From Myxococcales bacterium (GTDB lineage Bacteria; Myxococcota_A; Polyangia; Fen-1088), in assembly GCA_043754455.1 (NCBI GenBank), contig JAYUUT010000110.1, forward strand, positions 10,588-74,587: 64,000 nt of DNA, in the 5' to 3' direction. This document shows, in pieces, positions 30,720-40,269 of the stretch. Numbering within the stretch: position 1 is the first letter of the stretch; each line of letters opens with the position of its first letter. Made by a program: the position numbers and the translations under genes. The notes under the pieces are model-generated. The model worked only from the letters and a program-made list of their open reading frames with translations. It did not search any database and had not been told where the DNA came from.

Positions 30720-32099
30720 CTACTTGGAAGGCTCTGACAAAACCGAGGCCGGGCTGGGCGGCGTTGCGTTCGGATCGGCAGGAGGGGCAACGGGGACTGG
30801 GGCGGCGGCGGCCGCAGGCGGGGCGCCTTCAAGAACCTTGATCTGGCGGCGGGCGGCGGGCGCATCCACACCTCCGGGGGACGCCGCCAGATACCGCCGG
30901 TAGGCCGCAACCGCCTGCGGCTTATCGCCCGCGCTTCTGTGGGCCTCAGCCAGTCCGAAGATGGCAGGCGGATAGGACGCCAGGGACAGCGACCGTTCGA
31001 AATATCCAATCGCGATATCAGCCCGCCCTCGATCGAGGTTGATGTAGCCGAGGCCCGCAATGGCTTCGGCCCCGTTTGGTTTAAGCCCAAGCGCTTGATC
31101 GTACAGTTTCATCGCCTTGGCACCCGCGCCGTTTTCCAGCGCCCGATCGGCGTCTGCCACGAGTCGATCATATCGACCCGCGCCCCCCGGTGCGGCGCGC
31201 GCAGGGTCACGGATTTTCTCGGGAGTCCCGGCCTTGTCGCCAACTTGTACCCGTTCGGCTACAGGCGCTTCGGCTACAGGCGCTTCGGCTACAGATTTTT
31301 CCTGTGCCACAGGCGCTTGGGCAGGCTGCGCGGCTACAGCCACGACAGGCGACCTAGCCGCATCCATTGGTACAATGAGAGGCAGTGAAGGGGATGCGAC
31401 CTTGGCGACCTCCGTCCCGGCGCGATGCGCATCGGCATCATGGCGGCCTCTCCAGGGTTGTTTGATCCCCACCACGGCCACGCCCGCTGCGACGCCCAGC
31501 CCAACCAGGAGTTTGGCCCAAGACCCCGATCCCCCCACGCGCACAACCGACGTCTGTACATCCGATGGCCGGGAAAAGGGCTCTATCTCGCTCGACGGGC
31601 GCGATCTTTGAGACATCTCGGGGTTGATTTCGCGACGAACCGGCTCTGGCGGCGCCATGGGCCGGGTCGGGGTGGGACGCCCTCCTATGCGGCGGGCCTG
31701 CTCGGCCTCTAGAACCAGGTCATGCGCCGCCGAAGATTGTGCCGCCCTGGCCCGATCCGCGTCATCAACCACGTCGAAAAACGGGGCCAGCTCCACGATT
31801 TCTCCCAGCCGCCGCCAGGCGTGGCCCGTGCGCGAGATCTTGTCTTGCCGCGTGACCTTCCGTTCAATGATCCATTTTTGGAGCGACGTCAGGTTCCGGA
31901 ACCGGTGGACCTGCCCGTCACTGGTTTCCAACATCCATTCCGCTGATTGCGGCTCTTCTGAGCCAACGGCCGGGCCGCCGCCCCGCTTGACCAAAAAGGT
32001 ATGCCCACAGGTCGTGCACTGCACCTGAGTGCCGGCTTCGCTGACGCTAGCCGCTTCTAGCTCGTATTCGGTTTGACAACGCTCGCAGCGGACATCCAT
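30720..32099 (-). CDS. MJ0042-type zinc-ribbon protein with a C-terminal TPR domain
   Basis: Start at the internal ATG (32099) giving 'MDVRCERCQTEYELE...VQCTTCGHTF' (CxxC...CxxC zinc ribbon). Mid-protein TM. TPR repeats near the C-terminus (AMKLYDQALGLKPNGAEAIAGLGYINL...). Confidence 0.7.
   Translation of the reverse strand: MDVRCERCQTEYELEAASVSEAGTQVQCTTCGHTFLVKRGGGPAVGSEEPQSAEWMLETSDGQVHRFRNLTSLQKWIIERKVTRQDKISRTGHAWRRLGEIVELAPFFDVVDDADRARAAQSSAAHDLVLEAEQARRIGGRPTPTRPMAPPEPVRREINPEMSQRSRPSSEIEPFSRPSDVQTSVVRVGGSGSWAKLLVGLGVAAGVAVVGIKQPWRGRHDADAHRAGTEVAKVASPSLPLIVPMDAARSPVVAVAAQPAQAPVAQEKSVAEAPVAEAPVAERVQVGDKAGTPEKIRDPARAAPGGAGRYDRLVADADRALENGAGAKAMKLYDQALGLKPNGAEAIAGLGYINLDRGRADIAIGYFERSLSLASYPPAIFGLAEAHRSAGDKPQAVAAYRRYLAASPGGVDAPAARRQIKVLEGAPPAAAAAPVPVAPPADPNATPPSPASVLSEPSK
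31254..31294. repeat. 15-bp tandem repeat (~2.7 copies) inside the zinc-ribbon/TPR gene
   Basis: 'ttcggctacaggcgc' x2 plus a partial third copy. On the coding (minus) strand it encodes the AEAPV-AEAPV-AE repeats. Confidence 0.8.
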
Positions 32100-32163
32100 G
32101 GGCTGGAAACCAGGCTTAGGTCTAGCACATTCTGAGGTCCGTGGGCTGATGTCCTTCGCCCCC

Positions 32164-32829
32164 TCAGGCCAGGCGAAGCCCGAGCACGAACATGGCAAAT
32201 CCCACGACGAAGGCCGCCAAAACCGCCGCCGCTACCCCACCCCGGATGCGGAGATCGCGATCCAAGCCACGACGGAACATCAGCACTGACGCGCAAAGCC
32301 ATAGGCAGGCGCCCGCTAAGGCCGCCACCACGGCCCCTGAAGCAGGACCTGGCCGTAGCCCCAAACGCGCTGCATGCCAGGCTGTCCGCGCCGCCAAAGA
32401 AGCCCCCGGATCTACATCGGGGGCTTCCCCTTCGGCATACAACTGCGCCAACCGGGCGTCGGCCGAACGCAGGGTGTCCTCGTGGGGAACGTATAACGAC
32501 CGCGCCCCCAGAAGCCCCGCCCGGACCGATTCCAGGGCCGTCCGTTCGCCCGATCTGTCCCCCACCGCCCGGGCCTGGGCAGCCAAGGTCGTCAAACCAC
32601 GCAGCCCGCCTTGCACGAAGGGGCTTCCCGGTACGTACATCCGAACCGCCTGCAGATAGTGCCGCGCAGCGCCTTTTTTGTCATTTTTTGCGACCGCCTC
32701 CTCGGCCGCTTGCAAGGCCTCCCGTGAGTCCCACAGGACACGACCCGTAACGACCAACAGCGCCAAAATCATGGCCCCAAGCCAGGTTTTCCACGGCCGC
32801 GTGGGGCCCCCATGATGCGGACGCATCAC
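32164..32829 (-). CDS. Hypothetical membrane protein (N- and C-terminal TM helices)
   Basis: 'WLGAMILALLVVTG' near the N-terminus and 'VAAAVLAAFVVGFAMFVLGL' at the C-terminus. Stop/start coupled with the ABC-2 permease upstream. Confidence 0.45.
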   Translation of the reverse strand: MMRPHHGGPTRPWKTWLGAMILALLVVTGRVLWDSREALQAAEEAVAKNDKKGAARHYLQAVRMYVPGSPFVQGGLRGLTTLAAQARAVGDRSGERTALESVRAGLLGARSLYVPHEDTLRSADARLAQLYAEGEAPDVDPGASLAARTAWHAARLGLRPGPASGAVVAALAGACLWLCASVLMFRRGLDRDLRIRGGVAAAVLAAFVVGFAMFVLGLRLA

Positions 32830-33611
32830 ACAAAATCGCGGCGACGGAAAATCAACATCGCCAGGATCAGCACCACCGCCGAATACCCCAAACCGTAGAC
32901 GGTCGTCGACAGCATATATCCGGCACCCACGAGATCCTTATGTACGGACACATGTTCAGCACCCACGATTGCACCCGAAGGATAGAACAGGTTCAGGTTG
33001 GGCAACACCCGGACAGCCCCGTCAATCACAGTTTTCGCGCCCCCGCCCATGTGTTTGCCCAAGGCCTGAATTTCGGGCACCGATCGACCCACGACAAAAC
33101 AGCCCAAGGCGAACAGGCCCGAGAGGTACGGCGTCGAAAACGACGAAAACAACACCGCAATCGACGTGACCACGATCACGTTGACATATAGCAGCCACAC
33201 CGCCTTGACGGTCGGTAGATCAAAAGACGCCCCTTGCACAGCCAAGGTCAAGGCCAGACAGCCGCCCATCACGAACATCTGCACGCCAAGGGTCAGCAGC
33301 ATCCCCAGCCATTTGCCCAAAACGAATTCCCACCTGTCGATAGGTTTGGGAAGGATGGTGTAAACCGTCTTGAGCTCTAGTTCTTTGTAAAGCAGATTCA
33401 CGCCCAAAAATATGGCGATAATGACGCCAAAAATGTCGATGCCGAACAACCCCATGTCGCGGGTCATCCGGATCTCTTCATGTAGGGTGAGTTGGGCCAC
33501 GGCCACGGATCCGGCGATCATCGCGAGGGCAAAAAACAAGAGGCTGAACAAAATCTTGTTCCGCACGGCCTCGCGAAATGTGTTGCGCGTAATCGCCCAG
33601 ATCCGCCTCAT
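32826..33611 (-). CDS. ABC-2 family transporter permease
   Basis: Six predicted TM segments. N-terminal 'ITRNTFREAVRNKILFSLLFFALAMI' is typical of ABC-2/NosY-like permeases. Overlaps its partner ATPase by 4 nt. Confidence 0.7.
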   Translation of the reverse strand: MRRIWAITRNTFREAVRNKILFSLLFFALAMIAGSVAVAQLTLHEEIRMTRDMGLFGIDIFGVIIAIFLGVNLLYKELELKTVYTILPKPIDRWEFVLGKWLGMLLTLGVQMFVMGGCLALTLAVQGASFDLPTVKAVWLLYVNVIVVTSIAVLFSSFSTPYLSGLFALGCFVVGRSVPEIQALGKHMGGGAKTVIDGAVRVLPNLNLFYPSGAIVGAEHVSVHKDLVGAGYMLSTTVYGLGYSAVVLILAMLIFRRRDFV

Positions 33612-34558
33612 GCGCCCTCCTTTGCGGCGCCCACGCGGCCCGCCTGGGCTTCACGAATGAACAGATCTTCCAGCGATTCCCGACGCGGCGAAACCGAAAT
33701 GATCCGCGCCCCCGATAAAATCCCCGCAGACAGAAAGGCGTCCACCTCGGCGGATTCGGGCAGATCTATGGCCAACCCTTCGGCCGTGGCGTGCGTGCGG
33801 GCCCCTTCGGGTAAATCGGGTGGCCCCCCCGGACCAGGTACCATGACAACATCGGTCGACACCAGCCGCGCTGACAGCAGCTTGCCCAAAGGCCCCACAG
33901 CGGTCGTACGCCCTGCAAATACCATGGCCACGCGATCACAGGTCATTTCCACGTCAGGAAGGATGTGAGTCGAAAAAAACACAGTGCGCCCCTCACGCTT
34001 TAGTTCCAGGATCAGGTCACGAATTTCCTTGCGGCCCAGGGGATCAAGGCCCGTCATAGGTTCATCCAGAACAACCAATTCTGGCTCGCCCATCAACGCC
34101 TGTGCGATGCCCACCCGCTGCAACATACCCTTGGAAAATTTGCGCAACGGGCGCCCCCGGGCGTGATCCAGCCCCACCCGGGTTATCAGCCGGTTGGCCC
34201 GCAGCCGCCGTTCCGCCCTGGGCACGTCGGACAACGCCCCCACCAGATCCAGAAATTCTTCAGGCGTCAGATACTCATAAAAATATGGGGATTCGGGCAG
34301 GTAACCCAACCTTCGCTTCGCCTCGGTGCTGGGAACCGGACGTCCCAAGACCTCTGCGCGCCCCTTGTCCGGGAATACCAGGCCCATCAACATCTTCAGG
34401 CTGGTGGTTTTTCCAGCCCCGTTAGGACCCAGGAACCCAAACACCTCACCCCGCTTCACGTCGAAGGAGACCTCACGCACCGCCTCAACTTTTCGGCGCA
34501 AAAATCCAATGCGAAATGTCTTCGCCAATTTGTCAGCGCATAGGACGACATCACTCAC
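33608..34558 (-). CDS. ABC transporter ATP-binding protein
   Basis: Walker A 'GFLGPNGAGKTT', signature 'FSKGMLQRVGIAQAL', Walker B 'LVVLDEPMTGLD', and an H-loop. About 85 aa of C-terminal extension. Confidence 0.85.
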   Translation of the reverse strand: MSDVVLCADKLAKTFRIGFLRRKVEAVREVSFDVKRGEVFGFLGPNGAGKTTSLKMLMGLVFPDKGRAEVLGRPVPSTEAKRRLGYLPESPYFYEYLTPEEFLDLVGALSDVPRAERRLRANRLITRVGLDHARGRPLRKFSKGMLQRVGIAQALMGEPELVVLDEPMTGLDPLGRKEIRDLILELKREGRTVFFSTHILPDVEMTCDRVAMVFAGRTTAVGPLGKLLSARLVSTDVVMVPGPGGPPDLPEGARTHATAEGLAIDLPESAEVDAFLSAGILSGARIISVSPRRESLEDLFIREAQAGRVGAAKEGA

Positions 34559-34631
34559 GGTGGGGATTCCTCAAAGACACAATAACTTCGGCGGCCTCCC
34601 GAGGAAACTTTTGCACCCGCCAACCCCGGAA

Positions 34632-35384
34632 TCACAAAACGTCGGCGATAATCACGGTGATGTTGTCCTTGCCCCCGCGTTCGTTGGCCAGGGCCACAAG
34701 GCGCGCCGCAACCTGTTCCCGATCCCCGACCATCAGAGGATCCAGTTCGGGCCCTTCCACATAGCCGTGCAATCCGTCCGAACACAGCATGAAACGGTCG
34801 CCAGGCTGCGTTTCCACCTCGAACGTGTCCACCTCGACAAAGTCCTGGTGCCCCACCGCGCGGGTGATGACGTTCTTCCCCGGTGCGTGTTCGGCCTCCT
34901 CGGCGGTAATCAGCCCCATCTTTAGTCGGAAATTCACCAAAGTATGGTCATCCGTTATCTGGATCGTCTTGCCATCGCGATGCAGATACACCCGGCTGTC
35001 GCCCACTTGCCCCACAAAACCGATGGGGGGAACGACCAGCAGCGATGACAGCGTGCTGGACATACCTTTTTGCCGGGGATCTTGTTGCCCCATGCCGAAC
35101 ACCATATAACAAGCCGACTGGACCGCGCTTTCCAGCATACGGCGAACCAGATTGCGGGAATCGGGGGTGGGCGACGCGACGAAATCGTCGATGGTTCGGC
35201 GCCACCGTTTCACCCAGGACTGCACCAGTTCCACGGATTCGGCGCTGGCCACCTCGCCCTTGGCGTTGCCGCCGACCCCGTCGCAGACGATGTACAAACC
35301 CAAATCGTCGTCCGACAACATGGCATCCTCGTTGTGCGGCCGACGCCGCCCCACGTCCGTCAACCCGGCAGATATCGTCTTCAT
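34632..35384 (-). CDS. PP2C-family Ser/Thr protein phosphatase
   Basis: Start at the internal ATG (35384). 'TDVGRRRPHNEDA', 'IVCDGVGGNAKGEVAS' and 'ERGGKDNITVI' are PPM motifs. Divergently paired with the Ser/Thr kinase. Confidence 0.85.
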   Translation of the reverse strand: MKTISAGLTDVGRRRPHNEDAMLSDDDLGLYIVCDGVGGNAKGEVASAESVELVQSWVKRWRRTIDDFVASPTPDSRNLVRRMLESAVQSACYMVFGMGQQDPRQKGMSSTLSSLLVVPPIGFVGQVGDSRVYLHRDGKTIQITDDHTLVNFRLKMGLITAEEAEHAPGKNVITRAVGHQDFVEVDTFEVETQPGDRFMLCSDGLHGYVEGPELDPLMVGDREQVAARLVALANERGGKDNITVIIADVL

Positions 35385-35460
35385 ATTTCTTGGCCCATAG
35401 CGTACTACGAAACACGCGAAGGCTACGACTCCGTTTGCACGCGTGTTATAGTAAGGGCAC

Positions 35461-37869
35461 ATGCGCGAAGAGGGAAAAGACTCACTTCCCTCTTTATTTG
35501 GGCGTTACACCTTGGTCGAACGGCTGGCCATGGGGGGCATGGCCGAGGTGTTCAAGGCCCGGATCATGTCGTCGCATGGTTTCGCGAAGCTGCTGGTCAT
35601 TAAGCGGATTCTGCCCCACCTGGCGGCCGACAAGACCTTCGTCGCCATGTTCATCGACGAAGCCAAGTTGACCGCGCAGCTGATCCACCCAAAAATCGTT
35701 CAGGTCACCGACTTCGGCGAGGTCGAGGGCCAGCTTTATATCGCCCTTGAATTCGTTGACGGGTTCGACGCCCTGGCCCTATTGCGCGCCGCCGCCGGGA
35801 AACACGTCCGGCTGCCGGTTCCGCTGGCCATGTTCATAACGATGGAAATCCTGGACGCCCTGGACTACGCCCACACCTCGCGCGACGTCGAGGGGCGGCC
35901 CATGAAAATTGTTCACCGCGACATTTCGCCTTCGAACGTGTTCATTGCAAAACGCGGCGACGTAAAACTGGGAGATTTCGGGATTGCCCACGCCCAGGAA
36001 CGGGAATCAAAAACCCAGGCGGGCACGTTGAAGGGAAAATACGGGTATATGTCGCCCGAACAGGTCGTGGGCGGCGCCCTCGATGGCCGCAGCGATCTGT
36101 TTGCCGTGGGGATTCTGCTGGCCGAAATGTTGATGGGCCGACGCCTGTTCACGGCCCCCAACGATCTGGACGTCCTTTTGATGGTCCGCGACGGCCGCCT
36201 GGATCGCTTGGACAAATACGGCAGGGACATCCCGCCGGCGGTCGACCAGATTGTCCGCAAATCCCTGGCCAAACGTTTGACCGATCGGTTCCAAACGGCG
36301 GCCGATTTTCGCGACGCCTTGGCAGAACAGATTTTCAAATGGGGATTTCGGGTTTCCCCATCAGATCTGGGGCGCATTTCGGCCGATTTTCTTGACCAGG
36401 ATCCCGCCGCCACCGCCCGGCTGACAGAAAATTGCAAACGCTGGGATCTTCGGACGCCGATAACCGGGGTGAACGAGCCACCCTCGGGGGTGGGCCACAG
36501 TGTGGTGACGAACACCAGCGAAACCGGGGCGGTTCACACAGCGGCTGCATTTCCGCCACCACCGCCACCCTCTCAGGTCGTGATCTCGCCCGAAGCGGCG
36601 GACATGCCGCCCCCGGGGCAATCCGATTCATCAACCAGCGGTCGTGCCCTGCGCAGCCCGGGGTCGGGGGCCGTCGACCTAGGCGGCGGGGATCCCCTGG
36701 ACATCGTCATGGACGACGATTTGGTCCCAGCCTCCCTACCAGCACCTGCCCCGGCATCCCGATACCGACCCACGCTGCCCTTCACCGCCGACGGCCCGCA
36801 GCCCGTGCCACGGCCTCCGGTTGCCGCGATCCCACCGCGCCGCCCCGCTGTCGCGCCACCGGCTGTACCCAAGCCGCCGTCGTATACCGATTTGCCAGCC
36901 CCGCCTGCCCCTTCGGCTCCCAGCTATGAATCTTCGCGGGTCGAAGCCGCGATGAAAGACATAGACTTTAGCAACTTGGTTTCTCTGGACGACTACAGGG
37001 CCGCCCCTCCTTCCCCCAAGGCGCCCGCGCCTAACGCTCAGGCCTTTTCAATGGTCACACCGCCCCTGGGTATGCCCACCCCTATGAGGACTGCCCCCGC
37101 TTCAGGCAGCGCTTCTGTTGAACTGGGTCTCTTCGTGCCTGCCACCATCAACCGGCCCCCTGACACCGTGGCCGATCTCACACAGGTCAGCCCGGTGCGG
37201 GTCTTCGCGGGTCTGGCTGTGGCCGCAGAAACCGGGCTCGTGCGGTTTGAACTGACCCCCCACATCAAAGAAGTCTACGTCGTGCGGGGATCGCCCGAAT
37301 CCGTATCTTCCAGTCTGCGCAGTGAACGATTCGGTGAATATCTGGTTGCACGCGGGCACATCAAACCTGAGGATTTGCAGCGCGCCTTGGCCCAGATGCC
37401 TCAATCGGCAACAAAATTGGGCGACACGCTGGTCGCTATGGGCCTCATCCGACCCCTGGATGCATTTCGGCTGTTGTCCCAGCAGGTCCGTGAACGTGTG
37501 ATGGAAATTTTCGGCTGGGTGCAGGGGCGTGTGACCTTTTATCGTGACGTCCACAGCCCAACCGAAGGGTTTCCCCTGGGCCTCGATCCCTTTGAAATCC
37601 TGGGGGCTGGTGTGGCCACGCTGCCCTACGAATACCTGGAACGGCGATTTGCGGGTGTCATTGATCGCCGCCCGCGCGCCGTCGCGAATGCGCGCGTAAA
37701 CCCCGACGCCTTCCGCCTAGGCGGCACCCCACGTGAAATCTGGAACGTCCTTGATGGCTCCCTCACCATACGCGACTGGATGGGGCGCCTGGTTTCCCCC
37801 GACGAAATGCTCACCTTCCTGCGAACGATCTTCCTCTTGGTCGAAGCCGGACTCGTCGAATTTCCCTGA
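35461..37869 (+). CDS. Ser/Thr protein kinase with a Pro-rich linker and a C-terminal DUF4388-like domain
   Basis: Kinase subdomains 'LAMGGMAEVFKA', 'VIKRI', 'HRDISPSNVFI', 'KLGDFGIA' and 'GYMSPEQ'. About 300 aa of Pro/Ala-rich linker. The C-terminal ~200 aa ('VRFELTPHIKEVYVVRG... LGDTLVAMGLI') resembles DUF4388. Confidence 0.85.
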   Translation: MREEGKDSLPSLFGRYTLVERLAMGGMAEVFKARIMSSHGFAKLLVIKRILPHLAADKTFVAMFIDEAKLTAQLIHPKIVQVTDFGEVEGQLYIALEFVDGFDALALLRAAAGKHVRLPVPLAMFITMEILDALDYAHTSRDVEGRPMKIVHRDISPSNVFIAKRGDVKLGDFGIAHAQERESKTQAGTLKGKYGYMSPEQVVGGALDGRSDLFAVGILLAEMLMGRRLFTAPNDLDVLLMVRDGRLDRLDKYGRDIPPAVDQIVRKSLAKRLTDRFQTAADFRDALAEQIFKWGFRVSPSDLGRISADFLDQDPAATARLTENCKRWDLRTPITGVNEPPSGVGHSVVTNTSETGAVHTAAAFPPPPPPSQVVISPEAADMPPPGQSDSSTSGRALRSPGSGAVDLGGGDPLDIVMDDDLVPASLPAPAPASRYRPTLPFTADGPQPVPRPPVAAIPPRRPAVAPPAVPKPPSYTDLPAPPAPSAPSYESSRVEAAMKDIDFSNLVSLDDYRAAPPSPKAPAPNAQAFSMVTPPLGMPTPMRTAPASGSASVELGLFVPATINRPPDTVADLTQVSPVRVFAGLAVAAETGLVRFELTPHIKEVYVVRGSPESVSSSLRSERFGEYLVARGHIKPEDLQRALAQMPQSATKLGDTLVAMGLIRPLDAFRLLSQQVRERVMEIFGWVQGRVTFYRDVHSPTEGFPLGLDPFEILGAGVATLPYEYLERRFAGVIDRRPRAVANARVNPDAFRLGGTPREIWNVLDGSLTIRDWMGRLVSPDEMLTFLRTIFLLVEAGLVEFP

Positions 37870-37874
37870 ACTAT

Positions 37875-39302
37875 TTATCGCGGACGCAAGGTCAGCGTCG
37901 CTGTATCACGATCGGTCTTGATCTCGCCAACGTAGGCCCGGGTGTCGAAGAAGAAACGCAGATTGCTGCCAGTCCCACGGGTTCGGATCCATAGCTGTGT
38001 GAACTGATCGTTCACTTTGTACACGCCTGTTTCGATGCGCGCGCGGGCCCGGGGCAGATGAATCGCCAGGCCCGGAGGATTCGCAAGAATGTAACGGCGG
38101 GCCCCGCGTACCGAACCCGAAAACGATACCGACAGACTGGCAGCATCGCCCTGGTCATCCAGAGCCAATCCCTGGGGCAGCTTCACCGCCGCCGGGGCTG
38201 GTGCAACCGAAGCCGCGAAAGCGGGGGCAACGGCCACGACCGGATCAGGTTTCGCCACCACGGCCACGGGTGGCGCGGGGGCCGCCACAACCGATGTTAC
38301 GGATCTGGAGGGCAGCGGTGATGGTGTATCGACGGCCCGGCGTCGCAACACGAGGCCCGCCCCCAGCACCAAGACCGCTCCAATCACGAATCCCGTGGCG
38401 GACGCGCGCCAACCGGGTTGTCCAGATCCAGTGACCGACCCGCCCTGCCCCGACGATCGCCGTCCCGTCAGCTTGCCGAAGTCGCCACCCGCCGGGCGAT
38501 CGATCCGCACTGTCCGATCGCGATCGGCCACCGGCACCCGCCGCAACGTCATGCCCGGCGTCAGTTTTATAGGGGTATTGGCAGAAGTGGTCGTCACGTC
38601 TGGTTCAACCACGGTGGACGGTTCGGACAACAGCACCCCTTCGGCGGGGGTGCTCACCCGGGGGGCGGGGGCGACATCGATGATCCCCTTCGCGCTTTGC
38701 TCAGGTGGGGTCGCGACATTCAAACACAACTGAGGGATACCATCGTCACCCGTTTCATCCAGGGTGATGGAACCTAGGGTGCCCGCGCGAACTTCGGTCG
38801 TCCCCGACAGCGTAAAGCTGACCTTCACCCGCGAAGCCAGCCGCAAAAACGGCAGTTTGGTCGTGATCTGAAGCGATTCAGGTGAAATGATCGCGTGGCA
38901 GCGAATGGGTGCCTTCATGCCCTCAAACGACACGTCAACCGGATGGCGTTGCTCGTCGATAGGATCAACCAACCCTTTCAACAAATCGGTATCCGTCGCC
39001 CCTAGGTCAACAAATTCGATTCCGGCACCCGAATGATTTTCTTCCACCGCATCCACGTTGCTAAGTTCTGAATGTCGTACCCAGGCCACCCGACCGCGCA
39101 AAGTACGTGCCTGCCCCGCGATGTCGATCCGACACTGGACGTCGCTTCCCGCTTCGGGCATGTCAGCCGCGGTGACGAAAATCCCGCGTGCGCTTAGGTT
39201 CTGTACGTGCGCAACAACGCTGTGGTCGCGCCCGGACGCGCGCAACCGAACATTCGTGTTATAGGCAATCCGATGTTGCCGCCGCAACTCGGGCATCGCC
39301 AC
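37875..39302 (-). CDS. PilZ-domain protein with a second PilZ-like domain, a TM segment and a C-terminal AMIN-like domain
   Basis: N-terminal 'RRQHRI...N' and 'NLSARGIFV' correspond to the PilZ RxxxR and D/NxSxxG c-di-GMP-binding motifs. TM 'FVIGAVLVLGAGLVL'. C-terminal 'RRYILANPPGLAIHLPRAR' is an AMIN-like beta-sandwich. Confidence 0.6.
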   Translation of the reverse strand: MAMPELRRQHRIAYNTNVRLRASGRDHSVVAHVQNLSARGIFVTAADMPEAGSDVQCRIDIAGQARTLRGRVAWVRHSELSNVDAVEENHSGAGIEFVDLGATDTDLLKGLVDPIDEQRHPVDVSFEGMKAPIRCHAIISPESLQITTKLPFLRLASRVKVSFTLSGTTEVRAGTLGSITLDETGDDGIPQLCLNVATPPEQSAKGIIDVAPAPRVSTPAEGVLLSEPSTVVEPDVTTTSANTPIKLTPGMTLRRVPVADRDRTVRIDRPAGGDFGKLTGRRSSGQGGSVTGSGQPGWRASATGFVIGAVLVLGAGLVLRRRAVDTPSPLPSRSVTSVVAAPAPPVAVVAKPDPVVAVAPAFAASVAPAPAAVKLPQGLALDDQGDAASLSVSFSGSVRGARRYILANPPGLAIHLPRARARIETGVYKVNDQFTQLWIRTRGTGSNLRFFFDTRAYVGEIKTDRDTATLTLRPR

Positions 39303-39313
39303 AGTCTACCCGT

Positions 39314-40189
39314 TCATTCCCCTCGCGCCCAGGCAGGGTGCGGCGCGGTTATGAAAATCTGGGCCTTGGTTATCGGATGAAGAAATGCGACCCGCGCCGC
39401 GTGCAATCGAAACCCTTGCACCCCCAATTTCAGGGCCAACGTCGTCGCTGAGGGATCTCCATAGACATCATCCCCGAGGATTGGGCAGCCCAGATAGGCC
39501 AGATGGACCCGGACCTGATGGGTACGGCCCGACGCCAAGGTGGCCTCGACCAGGCTGCTTGTCCCCCAGCGCGCGACCACCCGAACCTCCGTGCGGGCGG
39601 GCAGTTCGCCCCGTCCGCCCGAAACCTTCACGCGAGATCCCCGTCGCCCGGTGCGCCCTATTCCTGTCGTCACAATGATCAACTGATCCGCACAGGTCAC
39701 ATGGGGGCGCACCGCCGGCTGCGGTTCAAACGCCACCTGGGCAAGATAGGTTTTCTGACTGTCGCCACCGGCCAAGGCCTTGCGCAGGCCCACCCACGCG
39801 GTGCGGGTTTTGGCGGCCACAAGCACGCCACTTGTGCCCGCGTCCAATCGATGTCCAATCCCGCCTTCACGCGGGTCCTCCGACGCTTCTGCGCACCCCG
39901 GACAAAGCGTCACCACCGCCCCCGCCGCTGTGGGCCCCTCGCCCGCGCGCAAAGGATGGCTTGGCAGCCCGGGTGGTTTGTCGACGGCAATCAGGTGTTC
40001 GTCCTCGAAGATCACAGGGGGGAGCAACGCAGGCGCTTCAAGCACCATTGGGGCCCGCCGAACCACCACGATCTGTCCCGCCTGAAGCCGGGTCCCTTTG
40101 GCGACGCCCCCGCCCTGCACCCCAGCCTGTCCGGCGTCGATCCATCGGCGCGCTTGGGCGCCCGAAACCGCCCCCGCCCGGCGCACCAA
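39314..40189 (-). CDS. RluA-family pseudouridine synthase (RluD-like, with an N-terminal S4-like region)
   Basis: 'HLIAVDKPPGLPSHP' and 'HRLDAGTSGVLVAAKT' (catalytic Asp motif). C-terminal 'GRTHQVRVHLAYLGCPILGD'. Confidence 0.8.
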   Translation of the reverse strand: MVRRAGAVSGAQARRWIDAGQAGVQGGGVAKGTRLQAGQIVVVRRAPMVLEAPALLPPVIFEDEHLIAVDKPPGLPSHPLRAGEGPTAAGAVVTLCPGCAEASEDPREGGIGHRLDAGTSGVLVAAKTRTAWVGLRKALAGGDSQKTYLAQVAFEPQPAVRPHVTCADQLIIVTTGIGRTGRRGSRVKVSGGRGELPARTEVRVVARWGTSSLVEATLASGRTHQVRVHLAYLGCPILGDDVYGDPSATTLALKLGVQGFRLHAARVAFLHPITKAQIFITAPHPAWARGE

Positions 40190-40269
40190 GAAGGCATCGA
40201 ACCGAAGGCCAGCGTCCGTGGAATCGACAACCAGCCGGATGCTGTGTTCAGCGTTCAGGGTTCAGCCCC

